Shown one piece after another: positions 1-11,049 of a stretch of DNA of 64,000 bases. This stretch comes from an uncultured Flavipsychrobacter sp. (lineage in GTDB: Bacteria > Bacteroidota > Bacteroidia > Chitinophagales > Chitinophagaceae). Where the stretch lies: positions 1,933 to 65,932 of the forward strand of contig CAZEZM010000018.1 in NCBI GenBank assembly GCA_964515955.1, written 5' to 3'. A program made the position numbers and the translations under genes. The notes beneath the pieces are model-generated. The model was not told the DNA's origin. It saw only the letters and a program-made list of their open reading frames with translations, and did no database searches. How positions within the stretch are numbered: the stretch's first letter is position 1; the number at the start of each line of letters is the position of its first letter.

Positions 1-1191
1 TTCACCACACGCTATAAAGTAGAAAAAGCCAAACAGGAGCCCGGCACATACAGGGGTATTACCGGCAATACGGCCCTCACGTATGGCATTATAGCAGCGG
101 GAGAGAAGTCAGGGTTGCCGATATTTTTAGGGTCTTATCCTATTACCCCTGCATCAGATATATTGCACGAACTGTCAAGGCATAAGAACTTTGGCATTCG
201 CACCTTCCAGGCCGAAGACGAGATAGCGGGTATTACATCGGCTATCGGTGCTTCTTACGGTGGCAGCCTGGGTGTTACCACATCATCGGGCCCCGGCATT
301 GCGCTGAAGGCAGAAGCTATGGGTCTGGCGGTAATGCTGGAGATACCCCTGCTGATTGTAAATATCCAACGCGGCGGTCCCTCTACCGGCCTGCCTACCA
401 AAACAGAGCAGAGCGACTTGCTGCAGGCTTACTACGGCCGTAACGGTGAGTGCCCCATGCCTATAGTTTCAGCATCTACCCCTTCTGACTGTTTCGAAGC
501 GGTGTACGAAGCGGTGCGGATAGCAGTGCAGCACATGACACCCGTAATGTTGCTGAGCGATGGTTATATAGCCAATGGTGCCGAGCCCTGGAAATTTCCC
601 AAGAGTGAAGACCTGGTGCCTATTACTGTCAACTTCAAACAAGGCCTGGATGAAGGTGAAGACAAATTCCTGCCCTACAAAAGGGATGAAAAGCTGGTAC
701 GCGCATGGGCTATACCCGGCACCGCAGGACTGGAGCACCGCATAGGCGGCCTGGAGAAAGAAGATATTACAGGTAACGTATCTTACGATGCGGAGAACCA
801 CCAGCACATGGTAAAAACCCGCCAGGAGAAAGTAGACCGCATAGCTGACTATATACCCCTACAACAATTAGACAGCGGTCCCGAAAAAGGTGATGTGCTG
901 GTATTGGGCTGGGGTTCTACCTATGGCGCTATTAAGAGTGCGGCAAGAGAACTGCAGGCACAGGGCAAGTCAGTGGCACACGCACACCTGCGTTATCTCC
1001 GTCCTTTCCCAAAAAACCTGGGCGAAATTATAGGCAACTACAAACACGTGCTGATACCTGAAATAAACAATGGCCAGCTGATAAAAATTATCCGCGACCA
1101 ATATATGGTAGACGCCAAGGGCTATAACAAGATAAAAGGTGTGCCTATTACCCGTGCTGAGTTGATTAATGCTATTGAGGAGTTGTTGTAG
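1..1191 (+). CDS. korA: 2-oxoacid:ferredoxin oxidoreductase alpha subunit (KorA-like); 5' end lies outside the window
   Basis: Frame 1 is open from base 1 (FTTRYKVEKAKQEPGTYRGITGNTALTYGIIAAGEKSGLPIFLG...), so the listed ORF 115..1191 is only the part after an internal codon. Motifs GSYPITPASDILH, SSGPGIALKAEAMGL and QRGGPSTGLPTKTEQSDL are typical of OFOR alpha subunits. Confidence 0.85.
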   Translation, partial: FTTRYKVEKAKQEPGTYRGITGNTALTYGIIAAGEKSGLPIFLGSYPITPASDILHELSRHKNFGIRTFQAEDEIAGITSAIGASYGGSLGVTTSSGPGIALKAEAMGLAVMLEIPLLIVNIQRGGPSTGLPTKTEQSDLLQAYYGRNGECPMPIVSASTPSDCFEAVYEAVRIAVQHMTPVMLLSDGYIANGAEPWKFPKSEDLVPITVNFKQGLDEGEDKFLPYKRDEKLVRAWAIPGTAGLEHRIGGLEKEDITGNVSYDAENHQHMVKTRQEKVDRIADYIPLQQLDSGPEKGDVLVLGWGSTYGAIKSAARELQAQGKSVAHAHLRYLRPFPKNLGEIIGNYKHVLIPEINNGQLIKIIRDQYMVDAKGYNKIKGVPITRAELINAIEELL

Positions 1192-1261
1192 TTGTCGGTT
1201 ATTGCTTTATCAATCAAACCAATGATTCGGCAAGCAACTAATAGTTACTTTCGGATTGTAT

Positions 1262-2569
1262 ATGGCTGATAAAGTATCCATCTTCTGGTTCCGGCGCGAT
1301 TTAAGGTTGCACGACAACGCGGGGCTATATTATGCATTGCGCTCAGGGTATCCGGTGGTGCCTGTTTTCATATTCGATACCAATATCCTGGATGAGCTGG
1401 ACGATCGTGCTGACAAGCGGGTTGACTTTATCCACCGGCAACTGGAACAAATACAGGCGCGCCTGCTAGCTATCGACAGTTCACTGCATGTATTGCACCA
1501 TACACCCGAAGAGGCATTTCATAAATTATCATCCCTCTATGATGTACAGGCTGTATATACTAATCATGATTATGAACCTTACGCAAGGGAGAGAGATGAA
1601 AAGATAGGAGGCATGCTGCAAGAGCAGGGCATTAGCTTTCATAGTTACAAAGACCAGGTGATATTTGAAAAAGATGAAGTGCTGAAAGACAATGGGGAGC
1701 CGTACACAGTATATACCCCGTACAGTAAAAAATGGAAGGCCCGGCTGAGTGATTTTTACCTGGAGCCTTACCCGGTAGAAAAGTATTTTGGAAATTTTTA
1801 CCAACAACAAGCCTTGCCCTTACCATCTTTAGCAGATATAGGGTTCACCCAAACCGATATAGAAATACCTGTTGCCGGGTTGAATGAAAGCATTGCAAAA
1901 GATTATCACAATACCCGGGATATACCCTCGCTGCACGGCACTACAAGATTGAGTGTACACCTAAGGTTTGGAACTATTAGTATTCGTGAGCTGGCGGCAC
2001 AGGCAAAAGAGTTAAATGAAAAACTGCTGAACGAATTAATATGGCGGGATTTCTATCAGTCTATTCTCTGGCATTACCCGCATGTAGTGAACCATGCTTT
2101 CAAACGGGAATATGACAATATTATTTGGCGGAATAATGAAGAAGAATTCAGGCTGTGGTGCGAGGGGAAGACTGGCTACCCGATAGTAGATGCAGGTATG
2201 AGGGAATTGAACAACACAGGCTATATGCACAACCGGGTGCGTATGATAGTAGCCAGTTTCCTGGTAAAACACCTGTTGATAGACTGGCGGTGGGGCGAAG
2301 CTTATTTCGCAAAGAAACTGCTGGATTTTGACCTGGCATCTAACAACGGAGGTTGGCAGTGGGCAGCAGGCAGTGGCTGCGATGCTGCACCCTATTTCAG
2401 GATATTCAACCCCTATCTGCAGACACAGAAATTTGACCCCGAACTGAAATACATACGCAAGTGGGTACCGGAGTTTGAAGACTTTACACAACATCCGGCA
2501 CCTGTAGTAGAACATGATTTTGCCAGAAAGCGTTGTCTTGAAGCATTCAGTTCCGTTTTGCGTAAATAA
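1262..2569 (+). CDS. phrB: deoxyribodipyrimidine photolyase / cryptochrome family protein
   Basis: N-terminal IFWFRRDLRLHDNAGL. The FAD-binding half carries WRDFY, GYMHNRVRMIVASFLVKHL, DWRWGEAYF and NNGGWQWAAGSG. The track ORF starts at TTG 1256; the first ATG is at 1262. Confidence 0.85.
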   Translation: MADKVSIFWFRRDLRLHDNAGLYYALRSGYPVVPVFIFDTNILDELDDRADKRVDFIHRQLEQIQARLLAIDSSLHVLHHTPEEAFHKLSSLYDVQAVYTNHDYEPYARERDEKIGGMLQEQGISFHSYKDQVIFEKDEVLKDNGEPYTVYTPYSKKWKARLSDFYLEPYPVEKYFGNFYQQQALPLPSLADIGFTQTDIEIPVAGLNESIAKDYHNTRDIPSLHGTTRLSVHLRFGTISIRELAAQAKELNEKLLNELIWRDFYQSILWHYPHVVNHAFKREYDNIIWRNNEEEFRLWCEGKTGYPIVDAGMRELNNTGYMHNRVRMIVASFLVKHLLIDWRWGEAYFAKKLLDFDLASNNGGWQWAAGSGCDAAPYFRIFNPYLQTQKFDPELKYIRKWVPEFEDFTQHPAPVVEHDFARKRCLEAFSSVLRK

Positions 2570-2622
2570 AAACAGGGAACACTGCAAGTGTTCCCTGTTG
2601 CTGATGTTTGTGAAACAATATA

Positions 2623-3339
2623 TTACAAAGTACGCTTACCGGACCATGTGCCATCAGTATTGTCGCTGGTATTTTTCCATGTACCACTCACGTCATCGCC
2701 ATTAAAAGAGCCCTTTATTTCCAGCCCGTTCTGGCCATGATAATCAATTTGACCGTTTACCAGTGAGCCCAGGTACACATTGCCGCCGGAAACAACTATC
2801 GAATAATCATCACCGTCGAAAGCCATATTAAAGGTGCCGTCATTGTCACCTGTATAAGTGCCCTCATAGTTCTTTACTAAAGCGGTGGATGTTTCTTTGT
2901 AAACGGCCACTTTCACAGTATGTCCCGGTATAGTAAGTGTCACGGCAGGAAGCTGTCCCTCGGGGCCGCAAGAGAATATTGCCGTAATATCTTTGCCGTC
3001 TAATTTGCCGGTGAATTCTGCACCAGCGATGGGGTCGCCGGGTTGCCATGTGGGGAGGTCCTGCGTGGTAAGCGTAGCGTTTTTACCATCGAAAGAGACG
3101 AGCGCTTTCACTTCAGTTCCTGTATTGTACAGGTATAAAGCTATAGTGCCGGTAGAGCCTACAATTACACCTTTGTATACGCCGCCGCTGCCGCCATCAT
3201 GCTCAGCTTTGGCTTCAGGTGTTGTTACGCACGTGGGGCAAGTGTATGGGGCAGGTGTTGTCGTGGTGGGCTTGTCATCTTCTTTTTTGCAGGAAAGCAG
3301 GCTGCTGACAATAAGTAATGTAAGTGTTAACTGTTTCAT
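2623..3339 (-). CDS. hypothetical lipoprotein
   Basis: 238-aa ORF with a signal peptide plus lipobox-like LLSC, followed by a T/P-rich linker. No recognisable catalytic motif. Confidence 0.6.
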   Translation of the reverse strand: MKQLTLTLLIVSSLLSCKKEDDKPTTTTPAPYTCPTCVTTPEAKAEHDGGSGGVYKGVIVGSTGTIALYLYNTGTEVKALVSFDGKNATLTTQDLPTWQPGDPIAGAEFTGKLDGKDITAIFSCGPEGQLPAVTLTIPGHTVKVAVYKETSTALVKNYEGTYTGDNDGTFNMAFDGDDYSIVVSGGNVYLGSLVNGQIDYHGQNGLEIKGSFNGDDVSGTWKNTSDNTDGTWSGKRTL

Positions 3340-3446
3340 TTTTAAAAAAATTAAAGGGGGGTTAAATAATCACCAATTTGTAGCGAAAAATATAATAAAT
3401 AATCCTATTTAAATAATACAGTATTTTTATATTGAATATTCGCATA

Positions 3447-5753
3447 ATGAAAAAAATCTCCAGGAAAGGATTTATAGGACAGGCGGCTGTAATAGGCACA
3501 TCAGTAGTATTATTCAACAGGTGTGGTTTATCAGGCGCGCCTGCTGATGAACTTGAAGGTGTGGTGGTGGATGCGCCTGTAAATATGGAAGACATCTTTG
3601 CTTATATCAACCGCGTGAACGGGAAGTATGAGCAGGGGCTGTACAGGAAAATAATAGGCGCAGCCAACGAATTCAAAGAAGGGGATATGGCGTTGGGTGT
3701 AGCTGCAGCTAAGGACAGTACGCGCATTAATGCCCGGCTATTGCTGGCCAATACAAGAGTCCGGGAAATCAACAAGCACACACTGCATAATGATGAGATA
3801 TCAGAACTGATACAAACAACCACGACTGCAAACGAGGAAATAGATGATTGGACGGTAGGCAAGCTGAAGGAGTTTATACTTACCCAACCTGAAGAGAGGA
3901 TAAAAGAAATAATGCCTGCACTCAGCAGCGATGTAATAGGCTGTGTAGTGAAGCTGATGAGTAATGAAGAACTGGTGCAGGTAGGGCAAAAGGTATTTAA
4001 CCCGCTACCCGGCAGCAAGATAGGCAGCAAGGACTATATGGGTGCACGCGTACAGCCCAATTCGCCTACCGATAATATTGATGACATCACCTGGCAGGTG
4101 TTCGATGCCTGGTCGTATGCAGTTGGCGATTTGGTATTAGGCACCAATCCGGTATCCAGCGAACCGGCATCAGTGACAGCTATTGAAAAGGCACTTTTCG
4201 ACATCATCAATACTTTCAATTTAGAAAATACGATACCCAACTGCGTACTGTCGCATATAGATGTACAGGCTGCCGTAGAGGAGATGCAGCCCGGCACAAC
4301 GGGTATCTGGTTTCAGAGCCTGGCGGGTACGGAGAGCGCCAATACCACCTTTGACCTGACAGCGGAGAAAATGCTGAACTACGCAGCAATGCGCAAAGGC
4401 AGGTATGGGTTGTATGCAGAAACAGGACAGGGTGCGGACTTTACCAATGGCAAGGCTGAAGGTGTGGATATGGTTATTCTCGAATCAAGGAAATATGGCT
4501 TTTTAAGGGCATTGAAAATACAGATGGCGGATTCTAAACCCGCTGATGAGCAACCATGGACACATGTGAATGATGTGGCTGGCTTTATTGGGCCGGAAGT
4601 ATTCAAAAGCAAAGAGCAATTAGTACGCTGCTGCCTGGAAGATACAGTAATGGGCAAACTACACGGGCTAACCATAGGGCTGGATATATGCTCTACCCTG
4701 CATATGGATGTGACGCTTGACGACCTGGACTGGTGTATCGAACAGGTGATGCCGGCCAACCCCGCTTACCTGATGGCATTGCCCACCAAAAATGACCCCA
4801 TGCTGAGTTACCTGACAACTGCATTCAGCGACCATGTGCGGATAAGAGAAAAATTTGGCTACAAGGTGAACGATGCCATGTGGAATTTCTATAAACAACT
4901 GGAAGTAATAGATAGTAAGGGCAAACCCACAGCACACTTCGGCGACCCTATATGGGTATATTATCAATACCGGAAAGCGAAAGGAGATACAAGGACGAAA
5001 GAAGCTGTATATGCGGAAGGCAGGCAAAAGATAAATGAAATAAGGGGGCGCGGTGTGCCGATTGCAGAAGGTTACGGCAACAATTATTGGGATATGAACC
5101 CCGCATTGGAAAAAGAAATACGCGTATTGTATGAAGATGCCAAGGTGAGCCTGTGGACAGAAATGACTGGCAATTTTGTCAAATCCATACCGGCAGCCAT
5201 ACCTGTTGTATCTACCGCCACTGACAGGAAAGACCATGTGTACCACCCGCAGGCGGGAGAACAGTTGAGCACTGATGCTATCAGTAAATTGAAAGAGCTA
5301 AATAAAGGCTGGAAAGGCCAATCGCCGGAGTTGCAGATAATTATATCCGATGGGCTAAACGCCAGGGCCATAATGGACGAAGGGCACCTGCAACCATTTT
5401 TAACAGGTATCAGGAATGAATTGATTCAGAAGGGTTATACCATCAGCGATAAGAATATTGTGATTACCTACGGCAGGGTGCGCACGGGTTACCAATGCGG
5501 AGAGATATTGTTTGGCGGTGCCCATGGCAAAAAAGGTATTATTCATATTATAGGCGAACGCCCCGGTAGCGGCCACCATAATTTTTCCGCCTACCTGACA
5601 GTTGCATCTGCCACCACCTGGAGTAAGAAGGGTACAGTCGACCATAATATATCTCGTGTAGTATCGGGTATTTCAGATACTGCAATGCAGCCCGAACTGG
5701 CTGCAAAGGAAACAGCAGCTATACTGGACAGGATGTTTGGGAAGGTTGTGTGA
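3447..5753 (+). CDS. fused ethanolamine ammonia-lyase (EutB large-subunit region + EutC small-subunit region) with a signal-like N-terminus
   Basis: The EutB-like stretch begins at ANEFKEGDMALGVAAAKDSTRINARLLL and continues through VLGTNPV. The EutC-like C-terminus has IIISDGLNARAI and GERPGSGHHNFSAYLT. The first ATG at 3447 gives MKKISRKGFIGQAAVIGTSVVLF. The track ORF starts at TTG 3432; an alternative internal ATG is at 3585 (MEDIFAY). Confidence 0.8.
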   Translation: MKKISRKGFIGQAAVIGTSVVLFNRCGLSGAPADELEGVVVDAPVNMEDIFAYINRVNGKYEQGLYRKIIGAANEFKEGDMALGVAAAKDSTRINARLLLANTRVREINKHTLHNDEISELIQTTTTANEEIDDWTVGKLKEFILTQPEERIKEIMPALSSDVIGCVVKLMSNEELVQVGQKVFNPLPGSKIGSKDYMGARVQPNSPTDNIDDITWQVFDAWSYAVGDLVLGTNPVSSEPASVTAIEKALFDIINTFNLENTIPNCVLSHIDVQAAVEEMQPGTTGIWFQSLAGTESANTTFDLTAEKMLNYAAMRKGRYGLYAETGQGADFTNGKAEGVDMVILESRKYGFLRALKIQMADSKPADEQPWTHVNDVAGFIGPEVFKSKEQLVRCCLEDTVMGKLHGLTIGLDICSTLHMDVTLDDLDWCIEQVMPANPAYLMALPTKNDPMLSYLTTAFSDHVRIREKFGYKVNDAMWNFYKQLEVIDSKGKPTAHFGDPIWVYYQYRKAKGDTRTKEAVYAEGRQKINEIRGRGVPIAEGYGNNYWDMNPALEKEIRVLYEDAKVSLWTEMTGNFVKSIPAAIPVVSTATDRKDHVYHPQAGEQLSTDAISKLKELNKGWKGQSPELQIIISDGLNARAIMDEGHLQPFLTGIRNELIQKGYTISDKNIVITYGRVRTGYQCGEILFGGAHGKKGIIHIIGERPGSGHHNFSAYLTVASATTWSKKGTVDHNISRVVSGISDTAMQPELAAKETAAILDRMFGKVV

Positions 5754-5780
5754 GAGGAGAGGTAAGCTTCGACAATGCAC

Positions 5781-6263
5781 CTACAAAACTTCCATTGGGC
5801 TATATTCAGCAAATGGCCCTACGGTTTTTCGCAAGATGTATTCATCATAACCTTTAAGGAAATAGTCTTTTAATTCGCCGATTTTCTCAAAGCCTAATTG
5901 ATAATATAATTTCTGTGCGCCATGATTGAAGGACGATACGCAGATATAAACATTGGGAAAAAATCTGAATATCCTCTCCTCGCTGAACTGTAACATAGCC
6001 GTACCAATACCCAAGCCCCTGTATTCGGGCTTCAGGCAAATGGTCTGGATATATCCCCTCATAAACCCGCCGAACTGTAGAACAACAAAACCGGCAAATT
6101 CACCTTGATAGTAAGCGGCATATACTTCTTTAATGCTACCTGTCAATGACAGCCTGCATCTATTAAAATCAAACTTCAGTGTAACAAAAGGGTCTGAGCT
6201 GCACATCACTTGCGCACATTGGTCAAGCAGACCCTCGTCTTCAATTAATTTTATTTCAATCAT
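5781..6263 (-). CDS. GNAT family N-acetyltransferase
   Basis: 160 aa. Acetyl-CoA binding motif A-like sequence ICLKPEYRGLGIGTAML, followed by a YYQLGFEK-type C-terminus. Confidence 0.8.
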   Translation of the reverse strand: MIEIKLIEDEGLLDQCAQVMCSSDPFVTLKFDFNRCRLSLTGSIKEVYAAYYQGEFAGFVVLQFGGFMRGYIQTICLKPEYRGLGIGTAMLQFSEERIFRFFPNVYICVSSFNHGAQKLYYQLGFEKIGELKDYFLKGYDEYILRKTVGPFAEYSPMEVL

Positions 6264-6330
6264 TATTAAAAATATTGATTTTCAGTTTCTCAGTATGTTC
6301 AGGGCCAAACTATTTTTTGGTATAGCTACG

Positions 6331-7872
6331 TTACCCTCCCCAACCCTCTCTATCCAGGCTGCGGTATTGTATGGCCTCTGCCAGGTGTTCAGGTTTGATA
6401 TCTTCACTGCCCTCCAGGTCGGCGATGGTGCGGGATACTTTGAGTATCCTGTCGTAGGCACGGGCGGAGAGGTTAAGTTTATCCATCGCGGCTTTCAGTA
6501 GTGTTTGCCCGATAGTATTAATCGTGCATATTTCTTTCAGCAGTTTACTGCTCATCTGGGCATTGCTGTATGTACCCTCATGCCCTTCAAACCTTTTTGC
6601 CTGTACTTCGCGTGCCTTTATTACCCGTTCACGTACTGCCAGGCTGTTTTCCGATGTCTTTTGAGAAGAGAGTTCGTTAAAAGAAACCGGGGTTACTTCC
6701 ACATGCAGGTCTATACGGTCGAGCAACGGGCCTGATACTTTGTTCAGGTAGCGTTGCACCATCTGCGCAGAGCAGGTACATTCCTTCTCTGGATGGTTGA
6801 AGTAGCCGCATGGGCAGGGGTTCATACTGGCTATGAGCATAAAGCTGGCAGGGAAGTCAATACTTACCTTAGCGCGGGATATAGATACCCTGCGCTCCTC
6901 CATAGGCTGGCGCATCACCTCCAGCACCGTGCGTTTAAATTCAGGCAACTCATCAAGAAAAAGCACACCATTATGCGCCAGCGATATTTCGCCCGGCTGC
7001 GGTATACCGCCGCCACCAACCAGGGCCACGTCACTAATCGTATGGTGCGGCGAGCGGAACGGCCTGCGCGCTATCAGCGAAGTATTACCCGGTAGCTTCC
7101 CCGCTACCGAATGTACTTTGGTGGTTTCTAATGCTTCGTGCAGGGTAAGCGGCGGCAAAATGGTAGGTATACGTTTCGCCAGCATGGTCTTTCCCGCACC
7201 GGGCGGTCCTATCAGTATGGCGTTATGCCCGCCTGCGGCGGCTATCTCCAGTGCACGTTTTACATTTTCCTGCCCCTTTACATCATTGAAATCAAATTCA
7301 AAATCGCTCTGTGCATCGTAAAATTCTTCGCGGGTGTTTACCTGTATTGGTTCAAGTTTTGCACTCCCGTTAAAAAAGTCAACTACTTCCTTCAGGCTTT
7401 CTACACCATATACTTCCAGGTTGTTCACCAGTCCTGCTTCACGGGCGTTTTGTCTGGGCAATATCAGCCCTTTGAATTTTTCGGCACGGGCCTGTATGGC
7501 TATGGGCAATGCACCTTTTATGGGTTGCAATGTACCGTCCAGGCTCAGCTCGCCCATCATAATGTATTTGTCCAGGTTCTCTTGCGGTATCTGCCCTGTG
7601 GCTGCCAGCCAGCCCATAGCTATAGGCAGGTCGTACGACGCGCCTGCTTTTTTTATATCAGCCGGGGCCATATTCACTACAATGCGGGCACGCGGTTTTT
7701 CCAGCCCGGTATTTTTCAGCGCTGAAATAATACGTTCGATACTTTCTTTTACCGCACTGTCAGGCAATCCTACGATGATATACTCAGGTTTACCGCCGGG
7801 TGTATCTACTTCTATGGTGATGGTCAGCGCATCTACTCCATATACCGCGCTGCCAAATACTTTTACTAACAT
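6331..7872 (-). CDS. comM: YifB/ComM family Mg-chelatase-like AAA+ ATPase
   Basis: 513 aa. N-terminal Lon-protease-like domain, Walker [14 protein letters not shown], Walker [11 protein letters not shown], a CPCGY zinc-ribbon-like insert, and a C-terminal [18 protein letters not shown]. Confidence 0.9.
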   Translation of the reverse strand: MLVKVFGSAVYGVDALTITIEVDTPGGKPEYIIVGLPDSAVKESIERIISALKNTGLEKPRARIVVNMAPADIKKAGASYDLPIAMGWLAATGQIPQENLDKYIMMGELSLDGTLQPIKGALPIAIQARAEKFKGLILPRQNAREAGLVNNLEVYGVESLKEVVDFFNGSAKLEPIQVNTREEFYDAQSDFEFDFNDVKGQENVKRALEIAAAGGHNAILIGPPGAGKTMLAKRIPTILPPLTLHEALETTKVHSVAGKLPGNTSLIARRPFRSPHHTISDVALVGGGGIPQPGEISLAHNGVLFLDELPEFKRTVLEVMRQPMEERRVSISRAKVSIDFPASFMLIASMNPCPCGYFNHPEKECTCSAQMVQRYLNKVSGPLLDRIDLHVEVTPVSFNELSSQKTSENSLAVRERVIKAREVQAKRFEGHEGTYSNAQMSSKLLKEICTINTIGQTLLKAAMDKLNLSARAYDRILKVSRTIADLEGSEDIKPEHLAEAIQYRSLDREGWGG

Positions 7873-8065
7873 GGCTTTTTATTACAAGGCTGAAACTACG
7901 AAAACTAAATTACTACATCACATCGCTGGGTTAATATCTCGCAGAAATACCCCGTTCATCCCGAGAGAGGGGCCATAAATCAAATCCGGTTATACATATA
8001 CTGTTTTATGTATTAAGATTACATTTGCACAGTATTAGACAGACAATAGTTAATGTAAATTCCTT

Positions 8066-9127
8066 ATGAAAGTAGTTATTACAGGCGGGGCAGGTTTTGT
8101 AGGTGCAAATATCGCCATCAGTTTAAAAAAACGATACCCCTCATACGAATTGGTGATTTTTGACAATTTGAAAAGACGTGGGTCAGAACTAAACCTGGCT
8201 GAATTCAGGGAACATGGTATTAGCTTCATTCATGGAGATATCCGTAACCTGGAAGACCTGGACCAGTTACCGGAATTTGATTGTATGATAGAAGCCTCTG
8301 CTGAACCTTCAGTTATGTCGGGGTTGGACGGCTCGCCCGCTTATGTTATCAATAACAACCTGACGGGTGCAATCAACTGTTTTAACTCGTGCGTACGTAA
8401 CAAAGCGAAATTGATATTTTTATCGACCAGCAGGGTGTATCCCATCAGTCTCATAGAAAATGCAGATTTTACAGAGGAGGCTACCCGGTTTAGCTTTACA
8501 GACAATCAGCATATGCCGGGTATCAGTTCGCGGGGAATATCGGAACAATTACCCTTGGATAGTGCACGTTCATTCTACGGTACTACGAAACTGGCCTGCG
8601 AACTATTGATAAAAGAATACCAGGAATTTTATGGATTGCAGGCTGCTGTTACCCGTTTTGGCGTAATAGCAGGCCCCAAACAAATGGGTAAAACCGACCA
8701 GGGAGTTGTAACACTTTGGATGGCACGGCATTTCTGGAAGAAGGAATTAGCATATATAGGCTATGGAGGATTGGGCAAACAGGTAAGGGATATGCTGCAT
8801 ATAGACGACCTGGTACGCCTGGTTGACTTCCAGCTACATAATATCGACATGTTTAATGACAAAGTATATAATGCCGGCGGTGGGATTAACAGTAGCGCCT
8901 CACTGCTGGAAATGACTGCTATATGCGAAGAACTTACAGGCAACAAGATACCTATTAAAGGTGTGCCCGAAAACAGGCCCGCCGATCTTAGGATTTATAT
9001 CTCAGATAATGCTTTAATAGAAAGGGAAACAGGTTGGAAACCGGAGAAAACGGCCAGGGATATCTTTACAGATATTTTTCATTGGCTGCGCGACAATGAA
9101 AAAGCTTTGAAACCGATACTTAGTTAA
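8066..9127 (+). CDS. NAD-dependent epimerase/dehydratase (extended SDR, CDP-tyvelose/paratose 2-epimerase-like)
   Basis: Rossmann motif TGGAGFVGANI, catalytic YGTTK (YxxxK), and GYGGLGKQVRDMLHIDDL resembling the paralog at 11050..12120. Confidence 0.8.
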   Translation: MKVVITGGAGFVGANIAISLKKRYPSYELVIFDNLKRRGSELNLAEFREHGISFIHGDIRNLEDLDQLPEFDCMIEASAEPSVMSGLDGSPAYVINNNLTGAINCFNSCVRNKAKLIFLSTSRVYPISLIENADFTEEATRFSFTDNQHMPGISSRGISEQLPLDSARSFYGTTKLACELLIKEYQEFYGLQAAVTRFGVIAGPKQMGKTDQGVVTLWMARHFWKKELAYIGYGGLGKQVRDMLHIDDLVRLVDFQLHNIDMFNDKVYNAGGGINSSASLLEMTAICEELTGNKIPIKGVPENRPADLRIYISDNALIERETGWKPEKTARDIFTDIFHWLRDNEKALKPILS

Positions 9128-9146
9128 GAACATTTTTACCATAAAT

Positions 9147-11042
9147 ATGGATTACATCAACGAAGACAATTCCTACACTTCACCGCTTGTTTACGTCATA
9201 GCGTTTGTACTGGCAGTACACATGTTTACATTCCCCTTTGTAATGACGCCCCATTTAACCGATACAGGCCCCACCTGGCTGGGCCTCGATGTATCGTGGC
9301 AAATGACATTGAGCTATGCTAATATGAAAGATTGGGTGTGGGGGAAAGAGATTGTTTATACATATGGCCCATTGGGATTTCTGTCTACAAGAATAGGTTG
9401 GGGTGTATCCAGGTGGGTATTTTTAGCTTTTGACTTGTTACTCGTTATCAATTTCTTCTTTGTATTTAAAGATTTTTTGAAGGCGTCGGCAAGTAAGCTG
9501 ATGGGTACTTTAATATTAGTAGCCGCCACGTTGTTGATGAATACCCATCATGGAACTGACCTCAGTTGGGTACTTATGTTCCTGGTGTATTACTGGCTGT
9601 ATAAAGCGTACTTGTCGCCGGGCCTGCTGTCATTTGTAATGATATGCCTGCTTACTGTTATTGCCTTTTATGTAAAAGTGAATACGGGAATTGTAACCAT
9701 ATGTGTAATTGGTGTTTATATGCTGCTAATGTTTGTAGCTAATAAAATATCCCTGTTAAAGGCCATCGTGATAATCGCCGCATTGCTAATAGCTATCGTG
9801 GTTACAGCAGCAGTGTTACATGTGCACCTGCCCGGTTATATAAGCGGCGCTTTCGAGATAATAAAGGGTTATAACGATGTAATGCACATGAATAATGGCG
9901 AGGCAAGAACAGAAGACAATCTTGGCTTGCTATACCATATGCTCAAATACTTGTTTATCGTGTACTTTATATATGTTATGCTCAAGGGCAAGTTTGTTCA
10001 TTTCTTTTTCATCGCTATATGTGCAGGGTATATATTACTATTGAAAAAACAGGCATTTTTAAGAGGGGATATCCAACACTTGTCAGAGTTTTTCTGTTAT
10101 GCCCCATTAGTGCTGTTAACAGGTAATTTTTTGTACTTTAAAAATAATACCCAGAAGCTATTTTCTGGGGCTATACTCTTTATCATAACTATTGCATTGT
10201 TTTTCAAAACAGAGTTTCATAGAAACATTGATGAGTTGTATAAAGACAGGTACACAAATAAAAAAGAATATTTCAGGCAGTTTAAAGAGAGCAAAGACAA
10301 ACCTTATCTCTTTCAGAAAGATAAGCGAATAATACCAGATACGCTATTGGAAAAAATAGGATCTGAAAGTATTGATGTTTTCCCTTGGGACAGTCAATAC
10401 CTTATTGAAAACAAATTAAATTATTCGCCTCGTCCCGTATTCCAGTCTTTTTCGGCATATACCGCTTACCTGCAACATATCAACTATGATAAGTATGTGC
10501 ATAACGCACCCCGGTATATTTTATATGATTATGATGCTATTGATGGCAGGTACCCGTTTAACGACGAGGCCATGCTTAACATGTACATCGTAAAAAACTA
10601 CGTTCTATCAGATACATTCACATCAAACGAACGCTTACGTGCTTTACTGGTTAAAAAAGAGCATACATCACCATTAAATATACAACCAGCCGGGGAGGGG
10701 GAGTTCCGATTGTCGGATAATATTGAGATTAAACCCGGTGTCAATTTCGTTAAAATAGATATTGCAAATAATTTCAAGGGTAAGAAACAAGCTTTCCAGA
10801 TGAGGCCGCAACATATCAATGTCCGGTTTACCGACTACGAAGGGCAAAGCCACTCCTTCAAGACGTCCATTTCTCTGTTAAAAGCCGGCCTCAAGGTGAA
10901 TGAATTGGTCGCAAATCAGCACGATTATCTATCTTTGCTGACTCAAAAAGAAACATTAAAAAAAATCAAAAGTATTAGTCTCGAACTGGACATTAATTAC
11001 TTTAAGGGAAAAGGAGTAATTAAATACTATAACGTGAAATAA
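9147..11042 (+). CDS. large polytopic membrane protein with C-terminal soluble domain (possible GT-C-like glycosyltransferase)
   Basis: 631 aa. About 10 or more hydrophobic helices in the first ~360 aa, then a hydrophilic ~270-aa domain. The gene sits between two sugar-nucleotide SDRs and a GT2, with gaps of 4-20 nt, which is operon-like. Confidence 0.6.
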   Translation: MDYINEDNSYTSPLVYVIAFVLAVHMFTFPFVMTPHLTDTGPTWLGLDVSWQMTLSYANMKDWVWGKEIVYTYGPLGFLSTRIGWGVSRWVFLAFDLLLVINFFFVFKDFLKASASKLMGTLILVAATLLMNTHHGTDLSWVLMFLVYYWLYKAYLSPGLLSFVMICLLTVIAFYVKVNTGIVTICVIGVYMLLMFVANKISLLKAIVIIAALLIAIVVTAAVLHVHLPGYISGAFEIIKGYNDVMHMNNGEARTEDNLGLLYHMLKYLFIVYFIYVMLKGKFVHFFFIAICAGYILLLKKQAFLRGDIQHLSEFFCYAPLVLLTGNFLYFKNNTQKLFSGAILFIITIALFFKTEFHRNIDELYKDRYTNKKEYFRQFKESKDKPYLFQKDKRIIPDTLLEKIGSESIDVFPWDSQYLIENKLNYSPRPVFQSFSAYTAYLQHINYDKYVHNAPRYILYDYDAIDGRYPFNDEAMLNMYIVKNYVLSDTFTSNERLRALLVKKEHTSPLNIQPAGEGEFRLSDNIEIKPGVNFVKIDIANNFKGKKQAFQMRPQHINVRFTDYEGQSHSFKTSISLLKAGLKVNELVANQHDYLSLLTQKETLKKIKSISLELDINYFKGKGVIKYYNVK

Positions 11043-11049
11043 TTTTTAT

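Noticed and set aside
1192-1255. Absence of a korB (beta subunit) gene downstream of korA
   Set aside because: The partner gene may lie upstream of the window, or the gene order may differ in this lineage. This cannot be judged from the window.
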